DNA from: Candidatus Bathyarchaeia archaeon
GTDB lineage: Archaea > Thermoproteota > Bathyarchaeia > Bathyarchaeales > Bathycorpusculaceae
Direction: 5' to 3'
DNA length: 61,567 nt
NCBI GenBank assembly: GCA_050012255.1
Contig: JBEKHN010000015.1
Coordinates: forward strand, 1-61,567
Shown here: piece by piece, positions 1 to 9,720 of the stretch
How the letters are laid out: every line of letters begins with the position of its first letter
Numbering within the stretch: position 1 is the stretch's first letter
Position numbers and translations under genes: made by a program
The notes under the pieces: generated by a model
What the model saw: only the letters and a program-made list of their open reading frames with translations
Databases searched by the model: none
Told to the model about the DNA's origin: nothing

Positions 1-129
1 GGTTCGAGTGGGTGTTTGCGTGCTCACACCCTCCCCCCGGGTTCACCATCTGACCCAAATATGACTGAAGAGCAAAATGAGCAGCACAAGCCACTTCCCA
101 AAAGAATTTAGGAACACGCTAGCGCGCTA
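1..129 (+). mobile_element. MITE-like repeat, copy 1 (truncated by window edge)
   Basis: Closely matches 39117..39246 and the reverse complement of 3722..3850; ends in GAATTTAGGAACACGCTAGCGCGCTA. Confidence 0.8.
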
Positions 130-310
130 GACTACTTGCTGTCATCTTTGAGCCTCACATATTTCAATGGAAGTTGAAGCAAGAGATTCATTGGTACGCT
201 CAGAAGCGTATTGATTGTAGAGCGGAATTCGTCGAAGCGCCAAGAGAAGTGCAATTGGTGACAGGCAGCTAATCTTGAAGCACTTGGGCATGTGCGCATT
301 CCACGCTTGC

Positions 311-1042
311 CTATCTGAGGTGTGCAAGACAGACCATTCCGCCCAGTTGCGTAAGGCGTAGACCTGCTGTTGATTCTGCGTCAACTATCCTTGTTTTAAC
401 ATTTCTGTTAGTGGCGATCTGCATCAGCCTGTGTATTCTGTTCTTTTCGTGGCTGTTTGAAAGGTACTCGTCGGTAAGCATTAGGTATTCAGCCGTAAAT
501 CTGCTGGGCTTCTGCGGCCCAAGGATCAGGTCTTCTATTTCCTTAAGCGAATACAGTGCAACTTTGTTCTGATTTGTAGAGTTGAGATGTTTTTCCAGCA
601 TGTCAATAAGGTCTTCCGTCTCCTCTGACGTGGTTTCGGAGATCAGTCGGCGGAACATGGGAGTCCTTGTCATGGCGGCTACTTCAGGCGGTGTGCCAGC
701 GGATCCAGTTATCTCAGAGATTGTTGCCTTGTTTGGGCCTTGGACTAGCCATGCGTGGTGCCCGTGAATGTGATCGATGAACCTTTGGGCGTAATTGGTC
801 TTCGGAGGGGATGCAAGGATGACGCTTCTAACGCCTTCTTTTAGCGTGGGTCTCAGTGCGTTGACGATTGATTCATGAAACTTGTACACGGCTTTCGAGT
901 CGTTCATGGTTCCGTCAAGCCAGACGGTCTTTTCAGGCTTGACAACATTGCTGAAGACCTTCCACAAGACCGCTCGGTCGTCTTCCAGTCCTGCTAGAAT
1001 TGCCACAGGATAGCCGCGCCTATACCCCCTTCTACGCTTCAA
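311..1042 (-). CDS. eRF1/Pelota domain 2-3-like protein lacking the N-domain
   Basis: VILASP motif and C-terminal 'VDAESTAGLRLTQLGGMVCL' resemble pelota/aRF1 M and C domains; no GGQ. Confidence 0.6.
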   Translation of the reverse strand: MKRRRGYRRGYPVAILAGLEDDRAVLWKVFSNVVKPEKTVWLDGTMNDSKAVYKFHESIVNALRPTLKEGVRSVILASPPKTNYAQRFIDHIHGHHAWLVQGPNKATISEITGSAGTPPEVAAMTRTPMFRRLISETTSEETEDLIDMLEKHLNSTNQNKVALYSLKEIEDLILGPQKPSRFTAEYLMLTDEYLSNSHEKNRIHRLMQIATNRNVKTRIVDAESTAGLRLTQLGGMVCLAHLR

Positions 1043-1231
1043 AGACGTTCACCTTGTCTCCAAAACCAGAACACTAAATCTAAACACATCTCCTGCAAAT
1101 TATCGTCTCTCATCACAAATACTCTTTGGTTCAGAGCAGGCAGGACGGCAAAAAAGGTGTTGATCTGATCTGTGAAACGTTCGAAGCCTGGCGGTTACGT
1201 GGCCTCTCTTGGAAGATAAGGCCTTATTTTC

Positions 1232-1570
1232 CTAAAGACCGCTTCCGGCAACATGGCGAGGTTTCTCCTGTGTTGCTTTGATCATCTTGATGGTTTCGGC
1301 AAGACTCAAGTTTGATTTCTGTCGGAGTCCAAAGCCTGTCTGCAGTTTTTTAACGATCAACTTGCTGACAAGAACTGCTCCTTGTCTTCCCAGAATCAGG
1401 TTCAACTCGCTAGCGAACAGTTCGGGGTTCGTGGAAATCTCTTTTCTCTTGATACCAGCGCTCTTTTCAAGATGGAGGAGGAGGGCCTTTCTTCCACTCT
1501 TTCCAAGTGTCCCGAGGGCCTCATCAATACACTGCAGAATTCTCTGTTCGACGTCTGGGTCGGCGGACAT
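1232..1570 (-). CDS. Small helical protein resembling DUF3227/NitrOD5 output domains
   Basis: 'IDEALGTLGKSGRKALLLHLE...PELFASELNLILG..GA..V.K.I.K.L' pattern; probable start at ATG 1570. Confidence 0.55.
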   Translation of the reverse strand: MSADPDVEQRILQCIDEALGTLGKSGRKALLLHLEKSAGIKRKEISTNPELFASELNLILGRQGAVLVSKLIVKKLQTGFGLRQKSNLSLAETIKMIKATQEKPRHVAGSGL

Positions 1571-1602
1571 GGAGTTTAGTTCTAGAATAGAACATATATA
1601 AG

Positions 1603-1648
1603 CTTTATTTTTGTCGAAGACAAAGCTTATTTGTCGACAAAAATAAAG
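1603..1648. promoter_or_regulatory. 15-bp perfect inverted repeat, candidate operator between divergent genes
   Basis: CTTTATTTTTGTCGA (1603-1617) / TCGACAAAAATAAAG (1634-1648); adjacent TATATAA at about 1595. Confidence 0.6.
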
Positions 1649-1660
1649 GAGGTGATATGC

Positions 1661-1792
1661 TTGAACATGAGAACGTTTGTAGCCCGACACTGGAAGGCAA
1701 TACTGGTTGCGCTTGCGATAGGCATGGTCGTCTTCTCGCTTGCTGCTACGAAGGCACATGCAGAACCGATCAATTGCCCATTCGGACCATAA
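1661..1792 (+). CDS. Small secreted pro-peptide MNMRTFVARHWKAILVALAIGMVVFSLAATKAHA/EPINCPFGP (not in ORF track)
   Basis: GGAGGTGA Shine-Dalgarno 5 nt before TTG; basic n-region, hydrophobic h-region, AxA cleavage motif. Confidence 0.6.
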   Translation: MNMRTFVARHWKAILVALAIGMVVFSLAATKAHAEPINCPFGP

Positions 1793-1835
1793 GACTAATA
1801 TAAAGTTGAAGTCAACAGAGAAAAACAGTAGTGGA

Positions 1836-3014
1836 ATGCGCATGCCTGTACACCTTGACCCTATTGACGTGAGGATTCTGGAAGGTCTCGCGGAAAGCGG
1901 ACCGAGAAACATGATGAAACTTGCTAGAGAACTCGACATACCGAGAGGAACTATAATAACAAGGATCAACCGCATGTCCTCTTCTTTTTACTTGACGCTG
2001 CTTACGACTATTTATCACACGAACTTGGGATTGAAGAAGGCGGTGGTTTTCGCGAAAGCGGTTGCAGGACGGGAGGATTTGCTTTTTGACTGTTTGAAGG
2101 TCAACAAGTTCTACATATACTTGAGCAGGTGTTTCGGTTTGTTTGAAGGATGCGTGGGAGTGTACGTTATTCCTGTGGAGCACACGGCCGAATTCGAAGG
2201 TTTCCTGACCGAAGTGGAGAAACTGGGAATAACGGAGAACATAAAGTTGTTCTGGTCGACTTGTTTTCACACTGTAAATCGTTCGAGAAAATGGTTTGAC
2301 TATGATGAGGGGAGGTGGGTTTTTCCTTGGGAAGAGTGGCTTGAGGAGGTTTCTTCTTCAGGAAGTGAACTGCCCTACACACTGAGAGACCCTGAAAGTT
2401 TTCCGTTGAAAGCTGATGAAACCGATTTGTTCATAATAAAGGAACTGGAGAAAGACGCAACCGTGAGCTTGGCCTCTATCGCTAGAAAACTAGGGACAAC
2501 GCTGCAGAACATTCGTTACCATTACGAAACACACGTTGTCAGGCATGGCTTAGTCGAGACCTACCAAGTGGCCATATTTACTTTCGACAGAGCATCGTCC
2601 GACATGCTCTTTTTCGTTTTCAAATTCAGCAACAGCGAAAAAATGGGCAAGTTTGCTCGGTCTCTTCTAGACAAGCCCTTCGTAACTATTCTCGGCAAGA
2701 TTCTGAACCAAAACGCACTGGTCTCTCAGGTTTACCTTCCTAGGAATGAGTTTAGGAATTTCGTCGACGCGTTATCAAAACTCGTGAGAATGAACTTGCT
2801 CGAGAATTACGAATACGTACAGCAGGACCTGCGCTCGGGAAAGTGGTCAAGAGAGACCATTCCCTTCGAGTTCTTCAAAAATGGATCTTGGATGTACAAG
2901 CATTCACAGCATGTTCAAGCCCTTCACCACCTAACCTCAAATGCAAAACAGAGTATGGTTAGCCTCGAATCAACTCAAGAGCCTGAGTGTTCTCAAAGTG
3001 AGACAGACTTCTGA
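1836..3014 (+). CDS. Tandem (double wHTH) Lrp/AsnC-like transcriptional regulator
   Basis: Two 'D..D..IL..L.....' HTH starts (LDPIDVRILEGL; ADETDLFIIKELEKDA), each followed by a RAM-like region. Confidence 0.8.
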   Translation: MRMPVHLDPIDVRILEGLAESGPRNMMKLARELDIPRGTIITRINRMSSSFYLTLLTTIYHTNLGLKKAVVFAKAVAGREDLLFDCLKVNKFYIYLSRCFGLFEGCVGVYVIPVEHTAEFEGFLTEVEKLGITENIKLFWSTCFHTVNRSRKWFDYDEGRWVFPWEEWLEEVSSSGSELPYTLRDPESFPLKADETDLFIIKELEKDATVSLASIARKLGTTLQNIRYHYETHVVRHGLVETYQVAIFTFDRASSDMLFFVFKFSNSEKMGKFARSLLDKPFVTILGKILNQNALVSQVYLPRNEFRNFVDALSKLVRMNLLENYEYVQQDLRSGKWSRETIPFEFFKNGSWMYKHSQHVQALHHLTSNAKQSMVSLESTQEPECSQSETDF

Positions 3015-3168
3015 ATTCGCGCACAGTCCGGGCAAGAAATAGAAAAAACAAGATGCCGCCGACATCCCCACTCATCCTTAGTGCAGATCCCGCCGGTCTC
3101 ACACCCAAACAGGACGCCAAGGTCTGTAAAACCCAAGATAGAATCACTATTATTCCTCTGAGAGAGTG

Positions 3169-3257
3169 TGGCGCGGGGTGTGGGATTTGAACCCACGCGG
3201 CCGTTTCCAGCCACAGACTTAGCAGGCCTGCCCCCTACCAGGCTAGGGCAACCCCGC
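3169..3257 (-). tRNA. tRNA-Ser(GCT), CCA encoded
   Basis: Cloverleaf with CAGGC-CT-GCT-AA-GTCTG anticodon arm, long variable arm, GGTTCAAATCC T-arm. Confidence 0.95.
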
Positions 3258-3353
3258 CCAGTTTTTTAACAACCCCGCAGGTTTTTGCGAGGTTTCTCTC
3301 ATTGCTTTTGCCTGGTTCTCCTTGACTCCGTCTAGAATTGTGGTGGGTCTTGT

Positions 3354-3672
3354 TTATTTGCGTTTTCGGAAGAACAGGATGTCGTCTTTCTGGCATATGT
3401 ACTCAAGTCCGACTAAGATTAGCTTCTTGATATCCTCTTTGTCGTTTGTGGCTGTCACGTCGTATTCGTCATCATTGCTCAAACCAAATATGGCCTGTTC
3501 TACCTGTATGTAGAGTGAGGTATTTTCGAGGCTTGCGTGACCCAAGAATTCTTTGACCAGCAATATGTTTTTGGTCTGGTGATATAGGCTTGTGGCTTTC
3601 CAGTGTCTAAAGGTATGGAAGCTTGTTCTCAGTTTTTCGAGGGTTTTGGAGTTTTCGACTTATGCTTCTCCG
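3354..3672 (-). pseudogene. Tyrosine recombinase/integrase C-terminal remnant
   Basis: Translates SFHTFRHWKATSLYHQTKNILLVKEFLGHASLENTSLY (HxxR, LGH, catalytic Y); frameshifted and truncated upstream. Confidence 0.85.
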
Positions 3673-3721
3673 CGCGTCACAGAATGATGCTCCGATGGCC
3701 CGAGTGTTTGGGTTCCCAAAT

Positions 3722-3915
3722 GCGCGCTAGCGTGTTCCTAAATTCTTTTGGGAAGTAGCTTGTGCTGCTCATTCTGCTGTTCAACCATATTTGGCTCATA
3801 TAGCATACCCCAGGGGGAGGGTGTGAGCACGCAAGCACCCACTCGAACCGCGACAGTAACCATCGGCTATCGGAAAACGCCATGCCTACCTCTTCAACGG
3901 AATTGAGGAACAAAC
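3722..3915 (-). mobile_element. MITE-like repeat, copy 2 (one end degenerate)
   Basis: Reverse-complement match to 39042..39246. Confidence 0.8.
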
Positions 3916-4132
3916 TGATAGCAGCAGCTCATTCTTCTGGCAATCATACTCGAAACCGATTTTGACCGGCTTATTGAGGTTTTCTTCATTGTTCATGAGT
4001 TTTGTCTGGTTATTTTCTTCCCTATGGCTGCTAAACCTTTTTATATGAGAATCGGTGTCTACTGACCTTGTCACATTAATTCATGTAATTAACGAAGCTT
4101 CTGAAAGCTTTTGGAAATGCATGTAAAATTTT

Positions 4133-5299
4133 GTGGCAGGAGAAATGAAACATATGCAAATGGAGTACTTTAAGGACCTGCCGATAAGTTCGCAGGTCTT
4201 GAAAAGCATAGAAGAGCTTGGGTTCAGTAACCTTTTTCCAATACAGGCTCAAGCCATAACCCCGCTACTTGAAGGCAGGGACGTCATCGGACAAGCACAA
4301 ACCGGAACCGGTAAGACCGCGGCTTTCGGAATTCCGATGATTGAACGAGTCAACTCAGGAATCAACAATGTCCAAGGTCTAGTTCTAGTGCCAACCCGGG
4401 AACTTGCCGTTCAGGTTGCACAGCACATCGGGCAACTTGCAAAGTACGCAAGATTGCGAGTGTTGCCGGTCTACGGTGGAGAATCGATTGAGAAGCAGAT
4501 GCGTGCATTGCGAAGCGGCGTCCAGATAGTTGTGGGCACGCCAGGCCGCATAATCGACTTGCTTGAGAGACACATCCTAAATCTGGCATCAGTGAAGATC
4601 GTCGTTCTAGACGAGGCCGACAGAATGCTCGACATGGGGTTCATAGAGGATATTGAATTCATACTTTCGAGAGTACCGTCAAACAGGCAGACGAGCCTTT
4701 TCTCAGCGACGATAGACCAAACGGTCATGAACGTGTGTAACAGATACATGAAGAACCCGGAAAAAATACTCGTGAGCAAAGACGAGATAGCCCTTACGCA
4801 GATGGACCAGTATTACACGATCGTGAACTCTCATGACAAGCTCAAGACTCTCTGCAAAATCTTGGACGAGAACCACATAGGCCGAGCAATAATATTCTGC
4901 AGAACCCGGACAGAGACGAGCATGCTGGCAGAAACGTTGCGAAGCAGAGGATATGATGCAAAGCCGTTGCACGCAGGCTTCACTCAATCCCAAAGGGACT
5001 TTGTCATCAACCTGTTCAGGAATAGAAAACTGAAACTGCTCATCGCTACCGACGTTGCAGCGAGAGGCTTGGACATTCAGGGAATAACTCACATAATAAA
5101 CTACGATGTCCCGCTGGACGCATTAGTCTACTTCCACAGAATCGGCAGAACAGCTAGGGTGGGAGGCGAAGGAACAGCCATAACGCTTGTAAGCTATGGA
5201 GAGATGTCAGACTTCAACAACATAAAAGCCTTGACCAAAACCACGATAGAAAAATTAGCCGACTCTTCGGCGGATTCTCCAATTCAAGAATTCGTATGA
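4133..5299 (+). CDS. DEAD-box RNA helicase
   Basis: AQTGTGKT, PTRELA, DEAD, SAT, HRIGRTAR motifs. Confidence 0.97.
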   Translation: MAGEMKHMQMEYFKDLPISSQVLKSIEELGFSNLFPIQAQAITPLLEGRDVIGQAQTGTGKTAAFGIPMIERVNSGINNVQGLVLVPTRELAVQVAQHIGQLAKYARLRVLPVYGGESIEKQMRALRSGVQIVVGTPGRIIDLLERHILNLASVKIVVLDEADRMLDMGFIEDIEFILSRVPSNRQTSLFSATIDQTVMNVCNRYMKNPEKILVSKDEIALTQMDQYYTIVNSHDKLKTLCKILDENHIGRAIIFCRTRTETSMLAETLRSRGYDAKPLHAGFTQSQRDFVINLFRNRKLKLLIATDVAARGLDIQGITHIINYDVPLDALVYFHRIGRTARVGGEGTAITLVSYGEMSDFNNIKALTKTTIEKLADSSADSPIQEFV

Positions 5300-5439
5300 G
5301 ACCTCCAACATTATCCGTTCATGAAATAACCGTGAAAATGGCCTTGACAAATGGATAAGGTTAAAAAGGCGTGTACACATCAAAGAGTTGTGCAAAAAGA
5401 ATTTTTTGCGCTAAACAGCAGAAGGAGTTGAAAGAGCAG

Positions 5440-5577
5440 ATGTATAGAAAAGAGATGTCTAAGGCAGTTTGTGCTGATTGCGGAAAGGAATGTGAAGTTC
5501 CCTTCAAACCAGACGGAAGCAGACCAGTATACTGCCAAGAGTGTTATTCTAAACGAAGACCGCCACGAAGATATTAA
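5440..5577 (+). CDS. CxxC-x17-CxxC zinc-binding protein
   Basis: CADCGKECEVPFKPDGSRPVYCQEC. Confidence 0.9.
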   Translation: MYRKEMSKAVCADCGKECEVPFKPDGSRPVYCQECYSKRRPPRRY

Positions 5578-5705
5578 GCTCATTAGCTAACATCTCATCT
5601 TCGTTTCACCCTTTTTTCCCAATCACTTTTTTTGTTTGCAGCTTTTCTCACCACTAATGATAATAAGCAGAAAGCACACTTTTCATTGAGGTTAAGATCA
5701 GGGTA

Positions 5706-5849
5706 ATGCCTAAGGATCCAGTTTGCGGCACAGTTCTGGACGACAAAACATCCAAGTTCAAGATCACGTTTGACGGTGAAACCTATCACTTTTGCAGTGT
5801 GACCTGCAAGAAGAGGTTTAAAAGACACCCGATGAAGTTCGTGAAGTAA
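5706..5849 (+). CDS. YHS/TRASH domain protein (47 aa, not in ORF track)
   Basis: MPKDPVCG...YHFCSVTCKKRF. Confidence 0.85.
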   Translation: MPKDPVCGTVLDDKTSKFKITFDGETYHFCSVTCKKRFKRHPMKFVK

Positions 5850-6010
5850 ACCCCCTACTGCTCATATGACCTGTTGATGTGGATGTCAAACTCGCCCGAA
5901 ACGGAGCATGACCACTTGAGAGTTTCACCTTCATGGTCTAACAAGCTTTGGATTGTCCTTATAAGGAAGCGTGGAGTTATCTTGCAATGTCCTTCTATCG
6001 TTGACAGGGG

Positions 6011-6724
6011 ATGCCATCGGGAGAAGGCAAGAAGCGTCACTGTTTCAACAAAGGAGACGACGCTTACTCTGGAGAAGTAGTAATGCGGAACAAAGTATCA
6101 GCCGGCGAATATTTGGCATTTCTTTCAGCAAAATACGATGTCGGCCCCACCAGATTTTTCGAAGCGTTGACGTCAGCGGCAGAAAGCGGCGAATCCACGT
6201 GTGGTACCCTCTCAATCGAAAGCCGTGGAACACATAGGAACAAGGTGGTTCTGCTGATAACGAACGGTGCAAAGGTCGTCGCTCAATTCCCCGTTTCTAA
6301 AGAGTTTCTCTTCGAACAAAACAAGTCAATCAAAGACCTCAGCGATACCAGCATGTTCCGAAGGCGTCTGATCAACAAGAACAATGGACCCCACTCGTTT
6401 CAAATCAGAGATTTGAAGGCCGGCATGAAGAAAGTCAACCTGAAGGCCAAGGTCCTAGAAATTGCGAAGCCTAACCTCGTCTTTACAAGGTTCGGCAACT
6501 ACGCCAGCGTGGCTAACGCTTTGATATCAGACGAAACTGGAAGGATCAAGCTGTGCCTGTGGAACGAACAGATAAGCTCTCTGTCCACAGGAGACACTGT
6601 TCAAATTGAAAACGGAAGCATATCCACGTTCAGAGGCGAAAAGCAACTAAGAGTTGGAAGAAAAGGGACTTTTCACGTTGTGGAAGGTTCAGCTCGCTCT
6701 CTCGAAAACGTGCAGCGCCCTTAA
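6011..6724 (+). CDS. OB-fold ssDNA-binding (RPA/SSB-like) protein with N-terminal extension
   Basis: IRDLKAGMKKVNLKAKV...ISDETGRIKLCLWNEQ; true start probably ATG near 6083. Confidence 0.85.
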   Translation: MPSGEGKKRHCFNKGDDAYSGEVVMRNKVSAGEYLAFLSAKYDVGPTRFFEALTSAAESGESTCGTLSIESRGTHRNKVVLLITNGAKVVAQFPVSKEFLFEQNKSIKDLSDTSMFRRRLINKNNGPHSFQIRDLKAGMKKVNLKAKVLEIAKPNLVFTRFGNYASVANALISDETGRIKLCLWNEQISSLSTGDTVQIENGSISTFRGEKQLRVGRKGTFHVVEGSARSLENVQRP

Positions 6725-6753
6725 GCTACGTTCTTCTGTAAACATTCGTTACT

Positions 6754-6987
6754 CTATGTTTGGTTCTTCATTCCGTCATGGGCAAAATCAAAATTGATGT
6801 CTGAGTACTGTTTTCTCATTTCGCCCAGGTGGTCCCAGCCCCAAGCGTTGACTTCGATTTCCTCAATGAGAGTTAGGACTGTTATTCTTGGCATGAGCAA
6901 CCTTACTCTTTCCATCAGCGCAGGAAAAGATAACTCAAAATAGACCTTTTGAAAGCACGACATATCGCGCCTGGTCTCGGTCATCAC
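6754..6987 (-). CDS. Hypothetical protein
   Basis: 77-aa ORF directly downstream of feoB, same strand. Confidence 0.4.
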   Translation of the reverse strand: MMTETRRDMSCFQKVYFELSFPALMERVRLLMPRITVLTLIEEIEVNAWGWDHLGEMRKQYSDINFDFAHDGMKNQT

Positions 6988-7001
6988 TCAATGATTGTCA
7001 A

Positions 7002-8969
7002 TCATAGTACAAGAGAGAGCAGCCTGAAGGCTATTCCTCCCACGATTATGGCGGATGCGAAATTGGCTATCGATATGGCAGCAGCAGATTTCCATCCGAA
7101 GTCTTTAGCCAAAACCGCGATCGTTGATAGACAAGGCATAAACAGCATGCCAATCAAGGCGAGCATTATCAGCTGAACAGGTGTTAGAAACAGCGCAAGG
7201 TTTGTTGAGCTATAAAGAGCCACCGCGGCGAGCAGTATCATTTCTTTCCTTACCACTCCGAGTATCAGAAGTATTCCAGCGATTGCGGGAAGCCCAAGCC
7301 ATCCAACAGTAAAAGGCGAGATTGCATTGCTCAGATATCCGAGGGTGCCGGTGGCGAGCAGGACCTGAACGAGCGCGCTTCCAATTATGTATATTGGAAA
7401 AACCATGTATATTATCGACTTGGTCCTGACCCAGGTTTGTTTCCACACAACAGACAAAGAAGGAACCTTGAACGAATGCATCTCCATTATGAGACCCGTC
7501 GATTTGCCTGGAACGACTTTCAGTGCCACTCTGCCTAAAGCGAAGATAACTGCAATATCTATTGCATAGAGTGCAAGTGCCCACCCTGGACCTATGAAAG
7601 CCGCTACCAGACCGAGAATCACGATCGTTCTTGCTGCGCAAGGCGCAAAGGTAATGGCGAAGGCCGCAAGGAGCCGCTCACGCCTTGTCTCCATGATTCT
7701 GCACGCACGAATTGCAGGAACGTTGCATCCAAAGCCTAAGATCATTGGAATCAGGGCTTTTCCATGCAATCCGATCTTGTGCATTGCGCTGTCCATCATG
7801 AATGCAACTCTGGTAAGGATGCCGGAGTCTTCAATCATAGCAAGCATAATGTAGAAGGGCACGACGTAGGGTATCACCAACGTGACGCCGGCTACCAAAC
7901 CGCCGTAAACACCGTTCCAGAGGATGCCCACAATCGATCCGCTGAACCTTGGATTCACGGGTTCAAGGAAGCCCAACGCGGCTGAAAACAGGTTTGAAAG
8001 GAGTCCTCCAACGGCGAAAGTCCAGAGAAGCAACCCGGCTATTACGGCTGCACACGTGATGTAGCCGAACGTGCTGTGTGTGGTGACCCAGTCCAGCTTC
8101 TCTGAAAGAGAAGTTTTGATTTCGCTCTGTCGTTGAACCTCGTTTGCAATCTTGCTGGCAAGCGAATATCTCTCAGAGGCCAAGACTGCAAAGCACTGTT
8201 CGTTGTGGATGCTAGATATTTCTGCTGCTAGAGCCTCAGATTCATGAACTACGTCCTGAGATTTGGAACCAACGAGGTTCTTAATCTCAGGATCATTCTC
8301 TAAGAGCTTGATGGCAACCCACCTGGACGGATACCTAAGTGTGAGCTTCTCAGATTGGATTGCTTGATCGAGTTTCTCTATTCTTTCTTCTACCTCGGCT
8401 CCGTATCTTATCGTTGTCTTCTTGTGGTTGCTGTTTCGTGCGACTTTGACGGCGGTTTTTGTCAGCTCGTATATTCCCTCTCCTCTGATGGCCACGGTTG
8501 GAACAACGGGCACGCTTAGGGCCTGCTCCAGCTTTTTTCTATCGATTACTATTCCTTTCTTCTTTGCAACGTCAACTTGGTTTAGACAGAGGACGAGTGG
8601 AGCGTCCATTTCGATGAGCTGAATGGTGAAGAACAGGTTGCGTTCAAGAACGGAGGCATCGACAACGTTGATGACGGCATCAGGGTTTTCTAGGGCTATG
8701 TATTCTCTTGACACGATTTCCTCCATGGAAAAGGTGGAGAATGAATAGATTCCAGGCAGGTCAACGACCGTTATCTTTTGTCCTTCGAAATTAAGCGTGC
8801 CGAGCGCCCTTTCCACCGTTTTCCCGGGCCAGTTGCCGATGATTTGACTTGACCCGGTGAGCTGGTTGAACAACACGCTTTTGCCAACATTTGCATTCCC
8901 AGCCAAGGCGATGGATAGGCCGCGGTCCCTTTGAGCTTCTTTCGCATCAGGGGCAGCGTGGCATGACAT
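7002..8969 (-). CDS. feoB: Ferrous iron transporter FeoB
   Basis: [21 protein letters not shown]-domain; GFGCNVP gate motif; TM domain. Confidence 0.97.
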   Translation of the reverse strand: MSCHAAPDAKEAQRDRGLSIALAGNANVGKSVLFNQLTGSSQIIGNWPGKTVERALGTLNFEGQKITVVDLPGIYSFSTFSMEEIVSREYIALENPDAVINVVDASVLERNLFFTIQLIEMDAPLVLCLNQVDVAKKKGIVIDRKKLEQALSVPVVPTVAIRGEGIYELTKTAVKVARNSNHKKTTIRYGAEVEERIEKLDQAIQSEKLTLRYPSRWVAIKLLENDPEIKNLVGSKSQDVVHESEALAAEISSIHNEQCFAVLASERYSLASKIANEVQRQSEIKTSLSEKLDWVTTHSTFGYITCAAVIAGLLLWTFAVGGLLSNLFSAALGFLEPVNPRFSGSIVGILWNGVYGGLVAGVTLVIPYVVPFYIMLAMIEDSGILTRVAFMMDSAMHKIGLHGKALIPMILGFGCNVPAIRACRIMETRRERLLAAFAITFAPCAARTIVILGLVAAFIGPGWALALYAIDIAVIFALGRVALKVVPGKSTGLIMEMHSFKVPSLSVVWKQTWVRTKSIIYMVFPIYIIGSALVQVLLATGTLGYLSNAISPFTVGWLGLPAIAGILLILGVVRKEMILLAAVALYSSTNLALFLTPVQLIMLALIGMLFMPCLSTIAVLAKDFGWKSAAAISIANFASAIIVGGIAFRLLSLVL

Positions 8970-8984
8970 GTCGCATCATTAACC

Positions 8985-9719
8985 TTAATTACTACTCTTA
9001 GAAGCGTCAACGAAGACGTTCGCAGCAATGTCTTGACCGAGAGCGAGCCTTGAACCGCGAACACTAACTTCAACTGGACCCTTGAGCGGCGCAACTCTAA
9101 CGACGTTTATGCTTGTTCCCGGCGTTAAGCCCATGTCCAACAGTCTCTGGAGGACTTTGTGTTCTCCCCTTATGAAGGACACCTTGCCCTGCTGGCCCTC
9201 CTTGAGACGGCTTATTGCCATCAAATCCTTTTCGCGTCTTCCCACTTCTTCCAAACCTTTTCTGTGCAACTCCACGCATTCTTCGCAACTCGAAAAAGGC
9301 AAATCACAAGCAGGAATAATCTTCTCGTCATCAGGGCATTTGTCAGGGTGCTTCAGAAATCTGCAAAGAGACTCTTCGGCCTCATCGGACAAGGCATGCT
9401 CCATCTCACACGCTTCCAAGTGAACTCTATCATTTCCAATTCTCAAAACGTCGTGCAGGAACCGTTCAAGCAGTCGATGCTTCCGAGTTATTTTCTCGGA
9501 AACTCGAAGACCTTTGTCTGTGAGCCTAGCCCCGTGATAAGGCGAGTATTTCACGTAACCCTTCTTGGCAAGCTTCTTCAGCATCTCTGTAACGCTTGCG
9601 GGAGCAATTTCAAAATGCTCCGCTATCTCGGTTGTGGTCACAGTCTTCCCGTTTCGAGAAAGAACGTACAGCGCTTTCAGGTAGTCCTCAACGCTTTTGT
9701 TTTCCACACTTTCACGCAC
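8985..9719 (-). CDS. DtxR/MntR metal-dependent repressor with C-terminal FeoA domain
   Basis: EDYLK, KHRLLERFL, EACEMEH, RLLDMGLTPG. Confidence 0.95.
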   Translation of the reverse strand: MRESVENKSVEDYLKALYVLSRNGKTVTTTEIAEHFEIAPASVTEMLKKLAKKGYVKYSPYHGARLTDKGLRVSEKITRKHRLLERFLHDVLRIGNDRVHLEACEMEHALSDEAEESLCRFLKHPDKCPDDEKIIPACDLPFSSCEECVELHRKGLEEVGRREKDLMAISRLKEGQQGKVSFIRGEHKVLQRLLDMGLTPGTSINVVRVAPLKGPVEVSVRGSRLALGQDIAANVFVDASKSSN

Positions 9720-9720
9720 G

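Noticed and set aside
1657-1803. Alternative Cys-rich 48-aa frame (MLEHENVCS...) as a RiPP precursor
   Set aside because: ATG is only 1 nt from the SD, there is no adjacent maturase, and the overlapping frame has a much more coherent signal-peptide structure; not fully excluded
3677-3913. Short ORFs overlapping the repeats (also 38964..39206 and 39128..39403)
   Set aside because: Their mutual similarity comes from the repeated element; frames are not maintained between copies
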